Shown here one piece after another: positions 46,256-55,822 of a stretch of DNA of 55,822 bases. The notes under the pieces were generated by a model. It had not been told where the DNA came from, did not search any database, and saw only the letters and a list, made by a program, of their open reading frames with translations. The stretch spans positions 1 through 55,822 of the forward strand of contig CALJMB010000326.1 in the NCBI GenBank assembly GCA_937982515.1, written 5' to 3'. This stretch comes from an uncultured Balneolaceae bacterium (lineage in GTDB: Bacteria; Bacteroidota; Rhodothermia; Balneolales; Balneolaceae). The first letter of the stretch is position 1. Each line of letters starts with the position of its first letter. The position numbers and the translations under genes were made by a program.

Positions 46256-46792
46256 ATGATAAGTAAAAAAATATCGATGCTGGCATTTGCAGGAGCCGTA
46301 TTGTTTATGGGGTGTAAACAGAGTGTGGTTAACTCTGATGAGGCCGACAATCCACCCGCGCCAATGCAAGGCGAAAACTTCAGCTTCTATAGCAGTTCAG
46401 ATATGTATGAAGAGTTGCGTGAAAAAGGCAAGAAAGGGAAGAGCGGAATTGGCGATGCTTTTGAAATTACCGATGTGTGGCGTACGGAAGAAGACGATAA
46501 AAAGTACCTGCATATCGAAGTAACGCATAACAAGGCATGTGACGAACGCTTTCAAGTTGTCTGGAATGGTGCAGTGGCGGAATCATATCCCCTGCAAACC
46601 TGGCTTCTTGTGAAACTGGACGCGGAGGATTGCCCGAATTTAAATAGTGTTACCTCAGATACGCTTTCTCTGGATCTCTACAAATTTCTGGGAGATGAAA
46701 GATATCTGGCAGACGAGAACATGATATTCCATGTTTACAATGTTTCGTCTGATCAGGATGTTAACTACGATGAGCCGGTTTCGGACAGTTGA
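46256..46792 (+). CDS. Hypothetical lipoprotein
   Basis: Start placed at MISKKISMLAFAGAVLFMGCKQS (lipobox FMGC); 178 aa; no recognised domain. Confidence 0.6.
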   Translation: MISKKISMLAFAGAVLFMGCKQSVVNSDEADNPPAPMQGENFSFYSSSDMYEELREKGKKGKSGIGDAFEITDVWRTEEDDKKYLHIEVTHNKACDERFQVVWNGAVAESYPLQTWLLVKLDAEDCPNLNSVTSDTLSLDLYKFLGDERYLADENMIFHVYNVSSDQDVNYDEPVSDS

Positions 46793-46965
46793 TCATGGAT
46801 TCGGCTGCCTGACTATACTTTGGGGCGTGTCGACAATCACAGGCTAATTGTCAACATGCCCTGACTTTAAAAGCCGGCAGAAGAAATAGTTGTTGGCCGG
46901 GGTTGATGTGTAACTTCTGAACACTGGCATAACAATTAATACATTTATTTCATACTCCTATTGAA

Positions 46966-47580
46966 TTGACGGAAGAGGATATAGCAGGCAGGGTTTTTGG
47001 GGTTAATGGTTCTGCATGTGCAAAAGAGGCAGATGCAGAAGAGAAGGGTAGGTTTAAAGAGATTATAGACGGATGCCGTGCGAATGAACCATCCAGCCAG
47101 GAGGAGTTGTATAAGCAGTTTTACGGATATGCTTTGGCTGTTGCTTTGGCCTATTGTTATTCAAGGGAGGATGCTGTGGAAGTAGTCAACGACAGTTTTA
47201 TCAAGGTTTTCAGGAATATCAGAACATTTGTATCTACAGAGCCCTTCAGGCCGTGGCTCAGAAAGATTGTTGTTAACACCTCGATTGACAGGATCCGTGC
47301 AAACAAAAAATACCGGAATCATGTGGAAGATGAAGACTTACAACATGTATCTCGGGTAGATATAGAATCCGAGCTTACCGCAAAACAGATGTATGCCCTG
47401 TTGAATGAACTGCCAGACTTGCTTCGGTTTGTTTTTAACATGTATGAGATTGAAGGATACAGCCACCGGGAAATTGCCGACAGGCTGGAGATAGCCGAAA
47501 GCTCTTCCCGTACCTACCTGACCAGGGCTAAAACCAGGCTAAGGCATCTATACGGCAAACTTTTTACAGGTGAGCAATGA
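46966..47580 (+). CDS. ECF-type RNA polymerase sigma-70 factor
   Basis: 204 aa (TTG start per track); region 2 (VVNDSFIKVF, PWLRKIVVNTSIDRIR) and region 4 (EIEGYSHREIADRLEIAESSSRTYLTRAK). Confidence 0.85.
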   Translation: MTEEDIAGRVFGVNGSACAKEADAEEKGRFKEIIDGCRANEPSSQEELYKQFYGYALAVALAYCYSREDAVEVVNDSFIKVFRNIRTFVSTEPFRPWLRKIVVNTSIDRIRANKKYRNHVEDEDLQHVSRVDIESELTAKQMYALLNELPDLLRFVFNMYEIEGYSHREIADRLEIAESSSRTYLTRAKTRLRHLYGKLFTGEQ

Positions 47581-48773
47581 GTAAAAGAAAACATACGGAA
47601 CTTATAGACCATATAAGGGAATCTCTGCAAGGCCGCGAAGAGCCTTATCTGCCCGGTGCCTGGGAAGGGTTTCAGCAGCACAGGGAAAGAAAGAACAGAA
47701 TATACGCGGGTAAAGTGGTGCTCAGCCTCGCTGCTTCTCTGGCTTTGGTTCTGTCTGTTTTATATGTCCTGAACGATTTTATTGAGGTAAGCCCAGAACA
47801 GCGTATCACCGAACAGCGGGAAGAGGCGTACGCCGATAACGTCGCCCGGCCTGACATCCGTCCTGAGCCTGATGTGTCCGCTCCCGCGATCACAGATTCC
47901 TCCGTTGCTATGAATGTGCAAACGGCTGTTAAAAAGCCGGAACGGGCTGATGATGCGGGGAAGGAAGTCGGGCTGAAAGCCACCTTGCCCGGTATTGGCC
48001 GGGCCGCGCTCCCCGAAACTCCCTGTCAGACAAGACTTGCACTATGGTCTCCAAAAGACCTGTCTGAACCAGGCCCGGCAGAGCATCCGGGAGCTATGGG
48101 CTGGACGGAAATCCAACAGGAATCTCATGAGCGCAGAGTGGTAAAAACGGAGCGTGATAAAAACCTTTCATTTGGTCTGGCTTACACGCCCCTGATAAAT
48201 AGTAATGATACAAAAACCGATTGGGGTATGGGAGGCGGACTTTATACCGAATGGGCGTTTACGCGTAACCTCGCTCTCTCTTCGGGAGTTATATTTGCAC
48301 AAAACCAGTTGGAATACGATCGCGGAACAGGAGCGGAGGGGGCCGGAACAGAAAATCTGGCTTATATACAGGTTGATCTGGTGAGCCTGGAAATACCTTT
48401 AAATCTGCGGTATTACCTGACGGATCATATTTCTGTTTCGGCGGGTATTTCTTCGGCCGCATTCCTGAAAGAGGATTATAACTACACATATGAGTATCAG
48501 CGGGAGATTCAGGTATTAACCTACACCGAGAGTTCGGGGTTTGAGCCGGTTGTCACGAAGGTTACCATTACCGAGTCGGAGAAGCAGTCAGAGCCTTCAT
48601 TCAACAGCATGGATTGGGCCGCTTTCTATACCTTCTCTTTCGGCTATCAATACGACATTGCGGATAAGCATACCTTGTCGCTGGAACCATTTGTGAAGGT
48701 ACCCTCCGGGCAACTGACCACCCGCAATATCAAGTACTACACCGGCGGAATTCAGCTGAAGATTTCTTTCTGA
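47577..48773 (+). CDS. Membrane-anchored protein with C-terminal outer-membrane beta-barrel-like domain (putative anti-sigma partner)
   Basis: Start overlaps the sigma gene stop (ATGA); one TM helix (VVLSLAASLALVLSVLYVL); the C-terminus has alternating-hydrophobicity strands and ends in F. Confidence 0.65.
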   Translation: MSKRKHTELIDHIRESLQGREEPYLPGAWEGFQQHRERKNRIYAGKVVLSLAASLALVLSVLYVLNDFIEVSPEQRITEQREEAYADNVARPDIRPEPDVSAPAITDSSVAMNVQTAVKKPERADDAGKEVGLKATLPGIGRAALPETPCQTRLALWSPKDLSEPGPAEHPGAMGWTEIQQESHERRVVKTERDKNLSFGLAYTPLINSNDTKTDWGMGGGLYTEWAFTRNLALSSGVIFAQNQLEYDRGTGAEGAGTENLAYIQVDLVSLEIPLNLRYYLTDHISVSAGISSAAFLKEDYNYTYEYQREIQVLTYTESSGFEPVVTKVTITESEKQSEPSFNSMDWAAFYTFSFGYQYDIADKHTLSLEPFVKVPSGQLTTRNIKYYTGGIQLKISF

Positions 48774-49147
48774 TCTGTGTAGCGTTTACCCGGTTCCGGC
48801 CGTATGGTCTATAGAAACAGTTAGAATTCAGTTTTCGGGCGGATGCAATGCGGCGTCGGCTTTATAACTCCGTATCTTCAGATTTTTTTGCTGTGACGGA
48901 GTAGTAAGCAATTGTAACACGGAATCCGTTCATAATATTAGTATCTATACCCGGTGATCATTTCTGGACACCCCCCTTAATCCCCCTTTATTAAGGGGGA
49001 GATGATCTTGTCCTGGCACCATTCATTCCTCCCGAATCCTCGGGAAGAAGGGCAGTAGGGGATCGAAAGGGCAATGGGCGTGGATCCTGACATTATGAAT
49101 ATAAATCTCCACAACACCTAAACAGGCTAAGTTACCATATCATACAT

Positions 49148-50089
49148 ATGAAGAGATATATACCATTTTTTTTGAATACACTTATAGCCATTCTCATTCT
49201 GCAGGGTTGCCTTATGGGCGAGACCGAACAGGAAAAACGGATACGCAAAGATGACGAAGCCATAGAAAGCTATCTTCAAGAGCATAACATCCATGCTGAA
49301 TTGTCTTCCAGCGGAGTTCACTATGAGGTGCTTGAAGAAAACAGCCAGGGCAAGCAGATTAAGGCAGACCATGTTGCAGGTATTCTCTATACCATGAAGC
49401 GGCTTGACGGAAAAGATGTTGAATCTCACAGCGACAGGCAGCGCCCACTGCGTTTCAGCTACAGCCGAAATGCTCTGATACCGGCAGGATTAAACTACGA
49501 GATCGGCCGGATGAAAGCAGGGGAGACTCTGCGCTTTTATATACCTTCGTACCAGGCTTTCAATAATTACAATCACGATAATTTATTCCCTCCCTACACG
49601 AATTTCATCATGGAGGTGGAGTTGGTTGAGGTAAAAACCGAAGAAGAGGTCTATGAACAAGAGGTTGATTCCATTCAGAGCTTCATTAAATATAATGGAA
49701 TAGAGGCCGAATCCTACCCCAATGGATTGTACTATGTGGAGGTGGAAGAGGGCTCCGGAGCGGCACCGAAAGGCAACAGTTTGGTGAAGTTCCACTTTAC
49801 GAGAAAATATCTGGACGGAACAGTCATCGAGTCTACTGAAGAAGGTGATCCTGTTCAGGAATATCTCAATAGTAACAGATTGGTTCGGGGCCTTGAGGAA
49901 GGGATAAAGCTGATGAAGGAAGGAGGGAAGGCCGAGCTTATCATGCCTTCAAAAATGGCTTTCGGTAAGAGTATTCAGGTGATTCCGCAACAGGTTAGGG
50001 AAGACTGGGTGAAAGAAGACCAGATAAATCCTCTTGTAAAGCCTTACTCGCCTGTTATTTATGAAGTTGAGTTGCTCTCTGTTAACTAA
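49148..50089 (+). CDS. FKBP-type peptidyl-prolyl cis-trans isomerase lipoprotein (tandem FKBP domains)
   Basis: Lipobox ILQGC; two or three FKBP-like modules (GLYYVEVEEGSG..VKFHFTRKYLDGTVIES..GLEEGIKLMKEGGKAELIMPSKMAFG). Confidence 0.85.
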   Translation: MKRYIPFFLNTLIAILILQGCLMGETEQEKRIRKDDEAIESYLQEHNIHAELSSSGVHYEVLEENSQGKQIKADHVAGILYTMKRLDGKDVESHSDRQRPLRFSYSRNALIPAGLNYEIGRMKAGETLRFYIPSYQAFNNYNHDNLFPPYTNFIMEVELVEVKTEEEVYEQEVDSIQSFIKYNGIEAESYPNGLYYVEVEEGSGAAPKGNSLVKFHFTRKYLDGTVIESTEEGDPVQEYLNSNRLVRGLEEGIKLMKEGGKAELIMPSKMAFGKSIQVIPQQVREDWVKEDQINPLVKPYSPVIYEVELLSVN

Positions 50090-50129
50090 CCTGTTTTTTT
50101 AAAGAGCCTTCTTGACCCCGACCCGAAAA

Positions 50130-50163
50130 GATGTCGGAAGTCTTCGGACTTCCGGCATCTTTT
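50130..50163 (+). terminator. Terminator GATGTCGGAAGTC-TTCG-GACTTCCGGCATC + TTTT
   Basis: 13-bp stem (one G-U) with a UUCG tetraloop and a T-run; 41 nt after the FKBP stop. Confidence 0.85.
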
Positions 50164-50613
50164 ACTTTATACAAGGGATGGAAACCAGGGAGGTGGTGGC
50201 AGATTGTCACGGATCGGCACGGATGGTTTTGCAGGACAGGCATCCGCCCTTCTCTTTTATAACATTCTTATCCCGAATCGTGCTACTCCATAGAAGGCTT
50301 CCCTTGCCAAACCCGGCACGAACAGACGCTCGCGCCATACATTGCTTTCCCCCTTCGAAACGAGTCAGGGAGATCAGTATGGATAGTTTTACAGTACAGC
50401 TATGCAGCCCTTCCCCTATGCAATACGCCCATTCTGAATTCATGTAACTACATCAGTTCCAAATGAATGCTTGTCAACCGGCTTTGGTTGTATGTTAACT
50501 GATTACATCGGATAAGATATTTCGTACATTTCGAGGTATAATAGGAAAGCAATCAAGTGCTTTATACTTGGTGCGGCACAGATGCTAATTTGATAATCCA
50601 AAGCAGAAGTTTT

Positions 50614-51069
50614 ATGATTGATTGGAAACAGGTAAATAAGTATATATCTAACGGAAACCCCGAACCACCCCGGCGGGTTGAGAAAACAGACGAGGAGTGG
50701 AGGCAGCAGCTTACACCCAAACAATACGAAGTAGCCCGCCGCCACGGAACAGAGCAGCCGTTTACAGGCGAGTATTGCGAAGCTCATCAACCAGGCCTCT
50801 ACGCATGCATTTGTTGTGGAACCGAACTCTTTAACTCTGAAGAGAAGTTCGAGTCGCACTCAGGCTGGCCCAGCTTTACGGAGCCAGTCCAGGAAAATGT
50901 CATCAAGTATGTAGAAGACTTAAGCCACGGTATGCAGCGGATTGAAGTGCTGTGCAATGTCTGCGATGCTCATCTGGGGCATGTCTTTCCAGATGGGCCG
51001 CCGCCCACCGGCCTCCGTTATTGTGTGAATTCAGCTTCTCTCAGGCTGGTGGAAATGGCAGAAAAATAG
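50614..51069 (+). CDS. msrB: Peptide-methionine (R)-S-oxide reductase
   Basis: Start placed at MIDWKQV (Met20); zinc CxxC pairs (CICCG, CNVCDAHLGH) and catalytic RYCVNS. Confidence 0.92.
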   Translation: MIDWKQVNKYISNGNPEPPRRVEKTDEEWRQQLTPKQYEVARRHGTEQPFTGEYCEAHQPGLYACICCGTELFNSEEKFESHSGWPSFTEPVQENVIKYVEDLSHGMQRIEVLCNVCDAHLGHVFPDGPPPTGLRYCVNSASLRLVEMAEK

Positions 51070-51187
51070 CGGTCAGATTTTGGTATGTGAGGTATTGTGT
51101 ATTAAGTACCGCGTATTCCTTATCAGAGCAGCCGTTACAGATTACAGGCACTGCACAATACGCGATACCTCCGTTTAAAACCTGTAA

Positions 51188-53308
51188 ATGTATTTGTTTC
51201 TCTATGTTGTTCTGTTAATTTGTGTGTTATTCACAAATAAAGGAGAAAAACATTACGTGAAGCCACTACCTAAGACATTTACGCCCTTTGTACGCCCGGA
51301 AGATGACCTGCCTCAGATAACCGTCAAGGCCGTAGTTCTGGGCATAATTCTATCTATGGTGCTTGCCGGGGCCAATGCCTACCTCGGGCTAAAGGTTGGA
51401 ATGACCGTCTCTGCCTCCATACCGGCTGCCGTCATTTCTATGGCGGTGCTCCGTCTGTTCAGGGAATCGAATATTCTGGAAAATAATGTGGTGCAGACAG
51501 CCGCCTCGGCCGGAGAGTCGCTGGCTGCAGGTGTCATCTTCACTCTTCCCGCATTGATTTTGATGCAGTACTGGATGGATTTTCCGTTTATAGACACCAT
51601 GGCCATCGCCATGTTTGGCGGAATTCTGGGTGTTCTGTTTACTATCCCGTTGAGGCGTGCGCTGATTGTGGAAAGCGAATTGAAGTTTCCGGAAGGTGTG
51701 GCCACAGGCGAAGTGCTGAAGGCAGGGACCACAGGAGGAAAGGGAATTCTATCCATATTATGGGCCGCTCTTGCCGCCGGTTTCTTTAAACTCGGTCAGA
51801 CAGGCTTTAAGATTTTTTCAGGTGCGTTGGGAGGTTCGGTTCAGGCCGGGCGATCCATATTCGGTTTTGGCACAGAACTGTCAGTGGCTCTTCTCGGGGT
51901 CGGTTACATCGTTGGCTTAAATATAGCCCTTCTGGTTTTTGGCGGCGGCCTGATCTCATGGCTGTTTGGCATTCCCATATATATGGCTTTCGCCGATCCT
52001 GCTGAAGTAGCCGGTGTCGTGGGGGCTGCCGAAGGGTATGACGCCGCACTTTCCATATGGAGCCAGAAGATTCGGTATATGGGTGTCGGGGCCATGGTGG
52101 TGGGCGGTATTTGGGCACTTATTTCGCTTGCCCGTCCGCTGGCTGATGGTATCAAATCCTCACTCGAAGCTGTGCGAAATATCCGTTCTGGCCATACAGC
52201 TAACATACCGCGGACCGAGCAGGACATACCTATCAATTATGTATTGTGGGGTATCATTCTGCTGGCTATTCCCATATTTATCGTTTTCGTACAGGTTATT
52301 GATACTACACACCTTCCCGTTTCCAGCGGGTTATATTGGTCCGTGATGATAACAGGTGTTCTGTTCTCACTCATAGCAGGGTTTCTGTTCTCTTCTGTAG
52401 CCGGATATATGGCCGGCCTGGTGGGCTCTTCAAATAACCCCATATCAGGGGTAACCATTGCTACCATCCTGGCAACTTCACTTATACTGCTGGCACTACT
52501 GGGATCGGAAATCGATGTAGCTGTAGATGGCGACAGAGCCACGGCCGCCGCCGCAGCTGCAATAGTGGTTGGTGCCATTGTTTGTTGTGCTGCAGCCATT
52601 GCAGGCGACAATATGCAGGATCTGAAAGCCGGTCAGCTGGTCGGTGCTACTCCTTATAAGCAACAGATTATGCAGATCATAGGCGTGGTTGCCGCGGCCC
52701 TGGTGCTGGCACCCATTCTGGGTTTGCTGTTCAATGCCTATGGGTTGGGCGGGGTATTCCCCCGGGAGGGTATGGATCCGGCCGAAATGCTGGCGGCGCC
52801 ACAAGCCACTCTGATGCAGTCGGTGGCGGAAGGCGTCTTTACCCGCAATCTGGAGTGGGCTATGATCATCATCGGTTGCATAATTGCTGTCAGTATTATT
52901 ATCCTGGATAAAGTGTTGGAGGCCAGGGGGTCAGGGTTCAGAACCCCCGTTCTGGCCGTTGCGGTAGGCATATATCTGCCTATAGAGCTTACAGCTCCGA
53001 TATTTTTGGGCGGCATGATTGCCTGGTTTGCAGCCCGCACCGTGCGCCGGAAAGCGGCAGCCGGGGGCCGCGACCCGGAAGAAGCAGTAAACGAAGCTGA
53101 AAGTAAGGGACTGCTTTTTTCATCCGGGCTTATCACCGGAGAAGCTTTGATCGGAATTGTCCTGGCCATTCCTTTTGCCATACAGGAAAGTACGGATGCG
53201 CTGCGGATTGTTCCGGCGTCTTTTGCTCCTTATGCCGACTGGATGGGCGCTGCCGCCGCAATATGTTTTATGATATGGTTGTATAAAGTGTCTGTGAAGC
53301 GAGGATGA
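51188..53308 (+). CDS. OPT-family oligopeptide transporter
   Basis: 706-aa polytopic ORF; N-terminal FTPFVRPEDDLPQITVKAVVLGIILS is typical of bacterial OPT proteins; the true start may be the GTG near 51257. Confidence 0.85.
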   Translation: MYLFLYVVLLICVLFTNKGEKHYVKPLPKTFTPFVRPEDDLPQITVKAVVLGIILSMVLAGANAYLGLKVGMTVSASIPAAVISMAVLRLFRESNILENNVVQTAASAGESLAAGVIFTLPALILMQYWMDFPFIDTMAIAMFGGILGVLFTIPLRRALIVESELKFPEGVATGEVLKAGTTGGKGILSILWAALAAGFFKLGQTGFKIFSGALGGSVQAGRSIFGFGTELSVALLGVGYIVGLNIALLVFGGGLISWLFGIPIYMAFADPAEVAGVVGAAEGYDAALSIWSQKIRYMGVGAMVVGGIWALISLARPLADGIKSSLEAVRNIRSGHTANIPRTEQDIPINYVLWGIILLAIPIFIVFVQVIDTTHLPVSSGLYWSVMITGVLFSLIAGFLFSSVAGYMAGLVGSSNNPISGVTIATILATSLILLALLGSEIDVAVDGDRATAAAAAAIVVGAIVCCAAAIAGDNMQDLKAGQLVGATPYKQQIMQIIGVVAAALVLAPILGLLFNAYGLGGVFPREGMDPAEMLAAPQATLMQSVAEGVFTRNLEWAMIIIGCIIAVSIIILDKVLEARGSGFRTPVLAVAVGIYLPIELTAPIFLGGMIAWFAARTVRRKAAAGGRDPEEAVNEAESKGLLFSSGLITGEALIGIVLAIPFAIQESTDALRIVPASFAPYADWMGAAAAICFMIWLYKVSVKRG

Positions 53309-53340
53309 CCTGCAAAAGTAAATTTAAAAAGGGGAGAATT

Positions 53341-54354
53341 ATGGGAAAGATGATTAACCGTGTGATGGTAATGGTGTTGCTGGCAGGGATGACAAGTGCC
53401 GGGTGCAGTCAGGTTCAATCGGAGCAAACGGAACCGCCCGAGCCGGAGTATTCGCTTTCGGCCGATCAGACTCATAGCAGCTGGAGCAGTGCTATCGAGC
53501 CGGTGTTAAAGGTTCCGTCAGGATCTGTTGTTGAAGTTTATACCGAGGAGGCATCGGCCCGGCAGCTAAACGTCCATTCGACGATTGAGGATCTCAGGAA
53601 TCTCAGCTTTGATCCCATTCACCCCCTCACCGGCCCGGTATATGTAGAAGGAGCGGAGCCTGGCGATGTGCTGAAGGTGAAACTGCATGAGATAGAAATG
53701 GGAGACTGGGGATGGACAGCCGTCATCCCGGGGTTTGGATTCTTATCGGACGAATTCCCTGACTACTACCTGAAGACTTTTGAGCTGGGTAAAAATAAAA
53801 AATCCGTACAGTTTGCCGATGGCATTGAAATTCCGCTGAAACCATTCCCCGGAGTAATGGGCGTGGCGCCGGCAACCGATTCTATGTTGTCTACCATCCC
53901 TCCCAGAAAGAACGGCGGAAATCTGGATGATCCTAACATAGTGGAAGGCTCGGTCGTCTATTTCCCGGTATTGGTGGAGGGAGCGTTATTTTCTATCGGT
54001 GATGCCCATGCCGTTCAGGGGTTGGGTGAAGTGTGTGGCACGGCTATAGAGGCGCCAATGCGCATCGTTTACGAGGTCGAAGTGCTGAAAGGCGGACGGG
54101 GGATCGAAGAGCCGCAGTATGAAACCGAAGATTATTACGCCGTTACCGGATTTGGTACAACTATTGATGAAGCGGCACAGAAAGCTACGCGCTATATGAT
54201 CGATTACCTGGTTGAGGAGCACGATATGGAGCGCTACGATGCCTACGCTTTGTGTTCACTTGCCGGAGATCTAAAGATTGCCGAAGTCGTAGACGAACCT
54301 CACATGCTGGTAACCATGCATATGTCGAAAGAAGTGCTGGGAATAAACCGGTAA
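53341..54354 (+). CDS. Acetamidase/formamidase-family protein with lipoprotein signal
   Basis: Start placed at MGKMINRVMVMVLLAGMTSAGCS; motifs NGGNLD and GDAHAVQGLGEVCGTAIE. Confidence 0.85.
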   Translation: MGKMINRVMVMVLLAGMTSAGCSQVQSEQTEPPEPEYSLSADQTHSSWSSAIEPVLKVPSGSVVEVYTEEASARQLNVHSTIEDLRNLSFDPIHPLTGPVYVEGAEPGDVLKVKLHEIEMGDWGWTAVIPGFGFLSDEFPDYYLKTFELGKNKKSVQFADGIEIPLKPFPGVMGVAPATDSMLSTIPPRKNGGNLDDPNIVEGSVVYFPVLVEGALFSIGDAHAVQGLGEVCGTAIEAPMRIVYEVEVLKGGRGIEEPQYETEDYYAVTGFGTTIDEAAQKATRYMIDYLVEEHDMERYDAYALCSLAGDLKIAEVVDEPHMLVTMHMSKEVLGINR

Positions 54355-54416
54355 ACGGGTTGATCCGGATGTAGCCCACCTTCAGGGTGGCCTGCATCTC
54401 TTTATAGCAAGGCGAT

Positions 54417-55034
54417 CTATTTATTATGCCGTTCTTTAAGGCGCTGTACAATGCTTTCGAGAGGTGTCTCTTTTTCTGCCAACAGCACGATCAGGTGGTA
54501 TAAGAGGTCCGCAACTTCGCCAATGAATTCTTTCTCGCTGTTATTTTTGGCCTCAATGATCGTCTCAACAGCTTCTTCTCCCACCTTTTGGGCGATCTCG
54601 TCGATCCCTTCGGTAAACAGATGCGTTGTGTAGGAACCTTCGGGCATGTTAGCTTTCCGGTCTTTTATAAGGCTTTCAAGTTCGCTTAGAAAAGACAGAT
54701 TGCCTCCGGCAGATGTAAAGTCCTTTTTGTGAAAGCAGGATTGTTCTCCGGTATGGCAGGTGGGGCCCTGAGGGTCGGCAAGCACAAGCAGGGTGTCGCT
54801 GTCACAGTCGCTCTGGATGTCTACCAGCTGAAGAGTATGGCCCGAGGTCTCTCCTTTGGTCCACAGCCGGCCCTTGCTGCGGCTGTAAAAGGTTATCTGT
54901 TTTTCATCCAGAGTTCGCTGCAGGGCTTCTTTGTTCATGTAGCCCAGCATCAACACCTGATGTGTGCGGGCATCCTGTATAATGGCCGGGATTAATCCGT
55001 TACCTTTCTCAAAGTCCAGTTCTTCGATATTCAT
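54417..55034 (-). CDS. hisIE: Bifunctional phosphoribosyl-AMP cyclohydrolase / phosphoribosyl-ATP pyrophosphatase
   Basis: 205 aa; HisI part (WTKGETSGH, CDSDTLL, CHTGEQSCF) fused to the HisE part (EEAVETIIEAKN, ADLLYHLIVLL). Confidence 0.93.
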   Translation of the reverse strand: MNIEELDFEKGNGLIPAIIQDARTHQVLMLGYMNKEALQRTLDEKQITFYSRSKGRLWTKGETSGHTLQLVDIQSDCDSDTLLVLADPQGPTCHTGEQSCFHKKDFTSAGGNLSFLSELESLIKDRKANMPEGSYTTHLFTEGIDEIAQKVGEEAVETIIEAKNNSEKEFIGEVADLLYHLIVLLAEKETPLESIVQRLKERHNK

Positions 55035-55073
55035 TAATTGGTTCTACAGTTAATTTTGAGTCATTTAATAAAG

Positions 55074-55822
55074 TCAGACTTCAACTAACCTGACGGGAAT
55101 GGATGCTTTGGCAAGCTGTTTCTTGAGTTCCGGGATCTCTACTTCTTTAAAGTGGAAAATACTGGCTGCAAGAACAGCATCGGCATTTCCCAGTTTTATG
55201 GCATCAATACAGTGCCGGATAGTTCCCGCCCCTCCACTGGCAATAAGGGGAATGGCAACATGCTTGTTTACCTGTTTAAGCAGTTCGATATCAAACCCTT
55301 CTTTAGTGCCGTCGCGGTCCATGCTGGTCAGCAGTATTTCACCGGCTCCCCGCTCTTCCACTTCCTGCATCCATGCAATGGCATCTCTGCCGGTATCTTC
55401 GCTGCCCCCTTTGACAAACACCGACCAGTGATCGTTTACACGTTTGACATCTACGGCGGCTACAATACATTGAGAGCCAAACCGGCTTGCGGCCTGATTG
55501 ATCAGATCCGGGTTTTTAACAATAGCGCTGTTTAGGGAAACCTTATCAGCACCGGCATGAAGCAGGTGGCTGATCTCTTCGGTTGATCGTATCCCGCCTC
55601 CAACCGTAAAGGGGATATTCAGCTCCAGGGCGATTTTGCGTACCAGCTCTGTCAGTGTTTTGCGCTTCTCTTTGGTTGCGGTGATGTCCAGAAATACCAA
55701 CTCATCCGCTCCTTCCTCGGCATAGCGCCTGGCCAGTTCTACAGGGTCGCCTGCATCCCGCAGGCCAACAAAATTTACTCCTTTAACCGTCCTGCCGTCT
55801 TTTATATCCAGGCAGGGGATAA
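55074..55822 (-). CDS. hisF: Imidazole glycerol phosphate synthase cyclase subunit, 5'-partial (runs off the window)
   Basis: The frame stays open upstream of the track Met to the window edge, reading ..[49 protein letters not shown]. Confidence 0.93.
   Translation of the reverse strand, partial: IPCLDIKDGRTVKGVNFVGLRDAGDPVELARRYAEEGADELVFLDITATKEKRKTLTELVRKIALELNIPFTVGGGIRSTEEISHLLHAGADKVSLNSAIVKNPDLINQAASRFGSQCIVAAVDVKRVNDHWSVFVKGGSEDTGRDAIAWMQEVEERGAGEILLTSMDRDGTKEGFDIELLKQVNKHVAIPLIASGGAGTIRHCIDAIKLGNADAVLAASIFHFKEVEIPELKKQLAKASIPVRLVEV

Noticed and set aside
45586-46350. ORFs of 135 aa (+), 93 aa (-) and 128 aa (-) after ilvD
   Set aside because: They overlap one another, have no recognisable domains, and contain the TGTGCAAA repeats. 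I treated the region as non-coding pending a blastx search.
1-55822. tRNA, rRNA, tmRNA, RNase P RNA, T-box, SAM/TPP/cobalamin riboswitch hallmarks
   Set aside because: I scanned by eye for GGTTCGAATCC-type T-loops, the RNase P GAGGAAAGTCCGGGC motif, the T-box AGGGTGGNACCGCG motif, the B12 box and SAM-I cores, and found no convincing match. This is a manual scan, so absence is not proven.

Overview
55.8-kb chromosomal window. By eye I found no rRNA, tRNA, transposase, integrase or CRISPR array. The protein flavour, many lipoprotein signals and weak Shine-Dalgarno contexts suggest an FCB-group-like bacterium (Bacteroidota/Balneolota/Rhodothermota). That is inference only.

Layout:
- 0.5-17.3 kb: PAS histidine kinase; a same-strand proteostasis set (clpB, J-domain cbpA-like, htrA, hsp20); Na+/H+ antiporter; class II DAHP synthase; WG-repeat lipoprotein; uvrA.
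- 17.3-22.8 kb: accessory-looking stretch. It holds a blaI/blaR1-like pair in which BlaR1 carries two ExbD-like C-terminal modules, three decayed genes, a 7-unit ~22-bp palindromic tandem array and a GC-rich non-coding block.
- 22.8-32 kb: sulfur block. cysM-mec-cysO-moeZ (thiocarboxylate route to cysteine, minus strand) is divergent from rhodanese-sir-cobA-cysH-sirC-fdx (plus strand).
- 32-45.5 kb: metZ/osmC, then ilvB-ilvN-ilvC-leuA-leuC-leuD-leuB-ilvE with divergent ilvD.
- 46-55.8 kb: lipoprotein, ECF sigma plus anti-sigma/beta-barrel protein, FKBP lipoprotein, msrB, OPT transporter, formamidase-family protein, hisIE and partial hisF.

The most interesting signal is in the 711-bp divergent intergenic region of the sulfur block. 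It contains two short ORFs, one facing each operon. They align in register and each carries a dense run of Cys codons: 6 Cys plus 4 Met in 12 codons, and 9 Cys in 11 codons. The plus-strand copy is followed by a textbook antiterminator/terminator arrangement. I read this as a paired, bidirectional, cysteine-sensing ribosome-mediated attenuator.

Other small ORFs enriched for the cognate amino acid:
- a Leu-rich (CTA-rich) ORF whose stop overlaps the leuA ATG;
- an Ile/Leu/Val-rich ORF before ilvB.

Several intergenic hairpin/repeat families are also present. All coordinates were derived by hand from the ORF track and the sequence. No database search or folding computation was possible.
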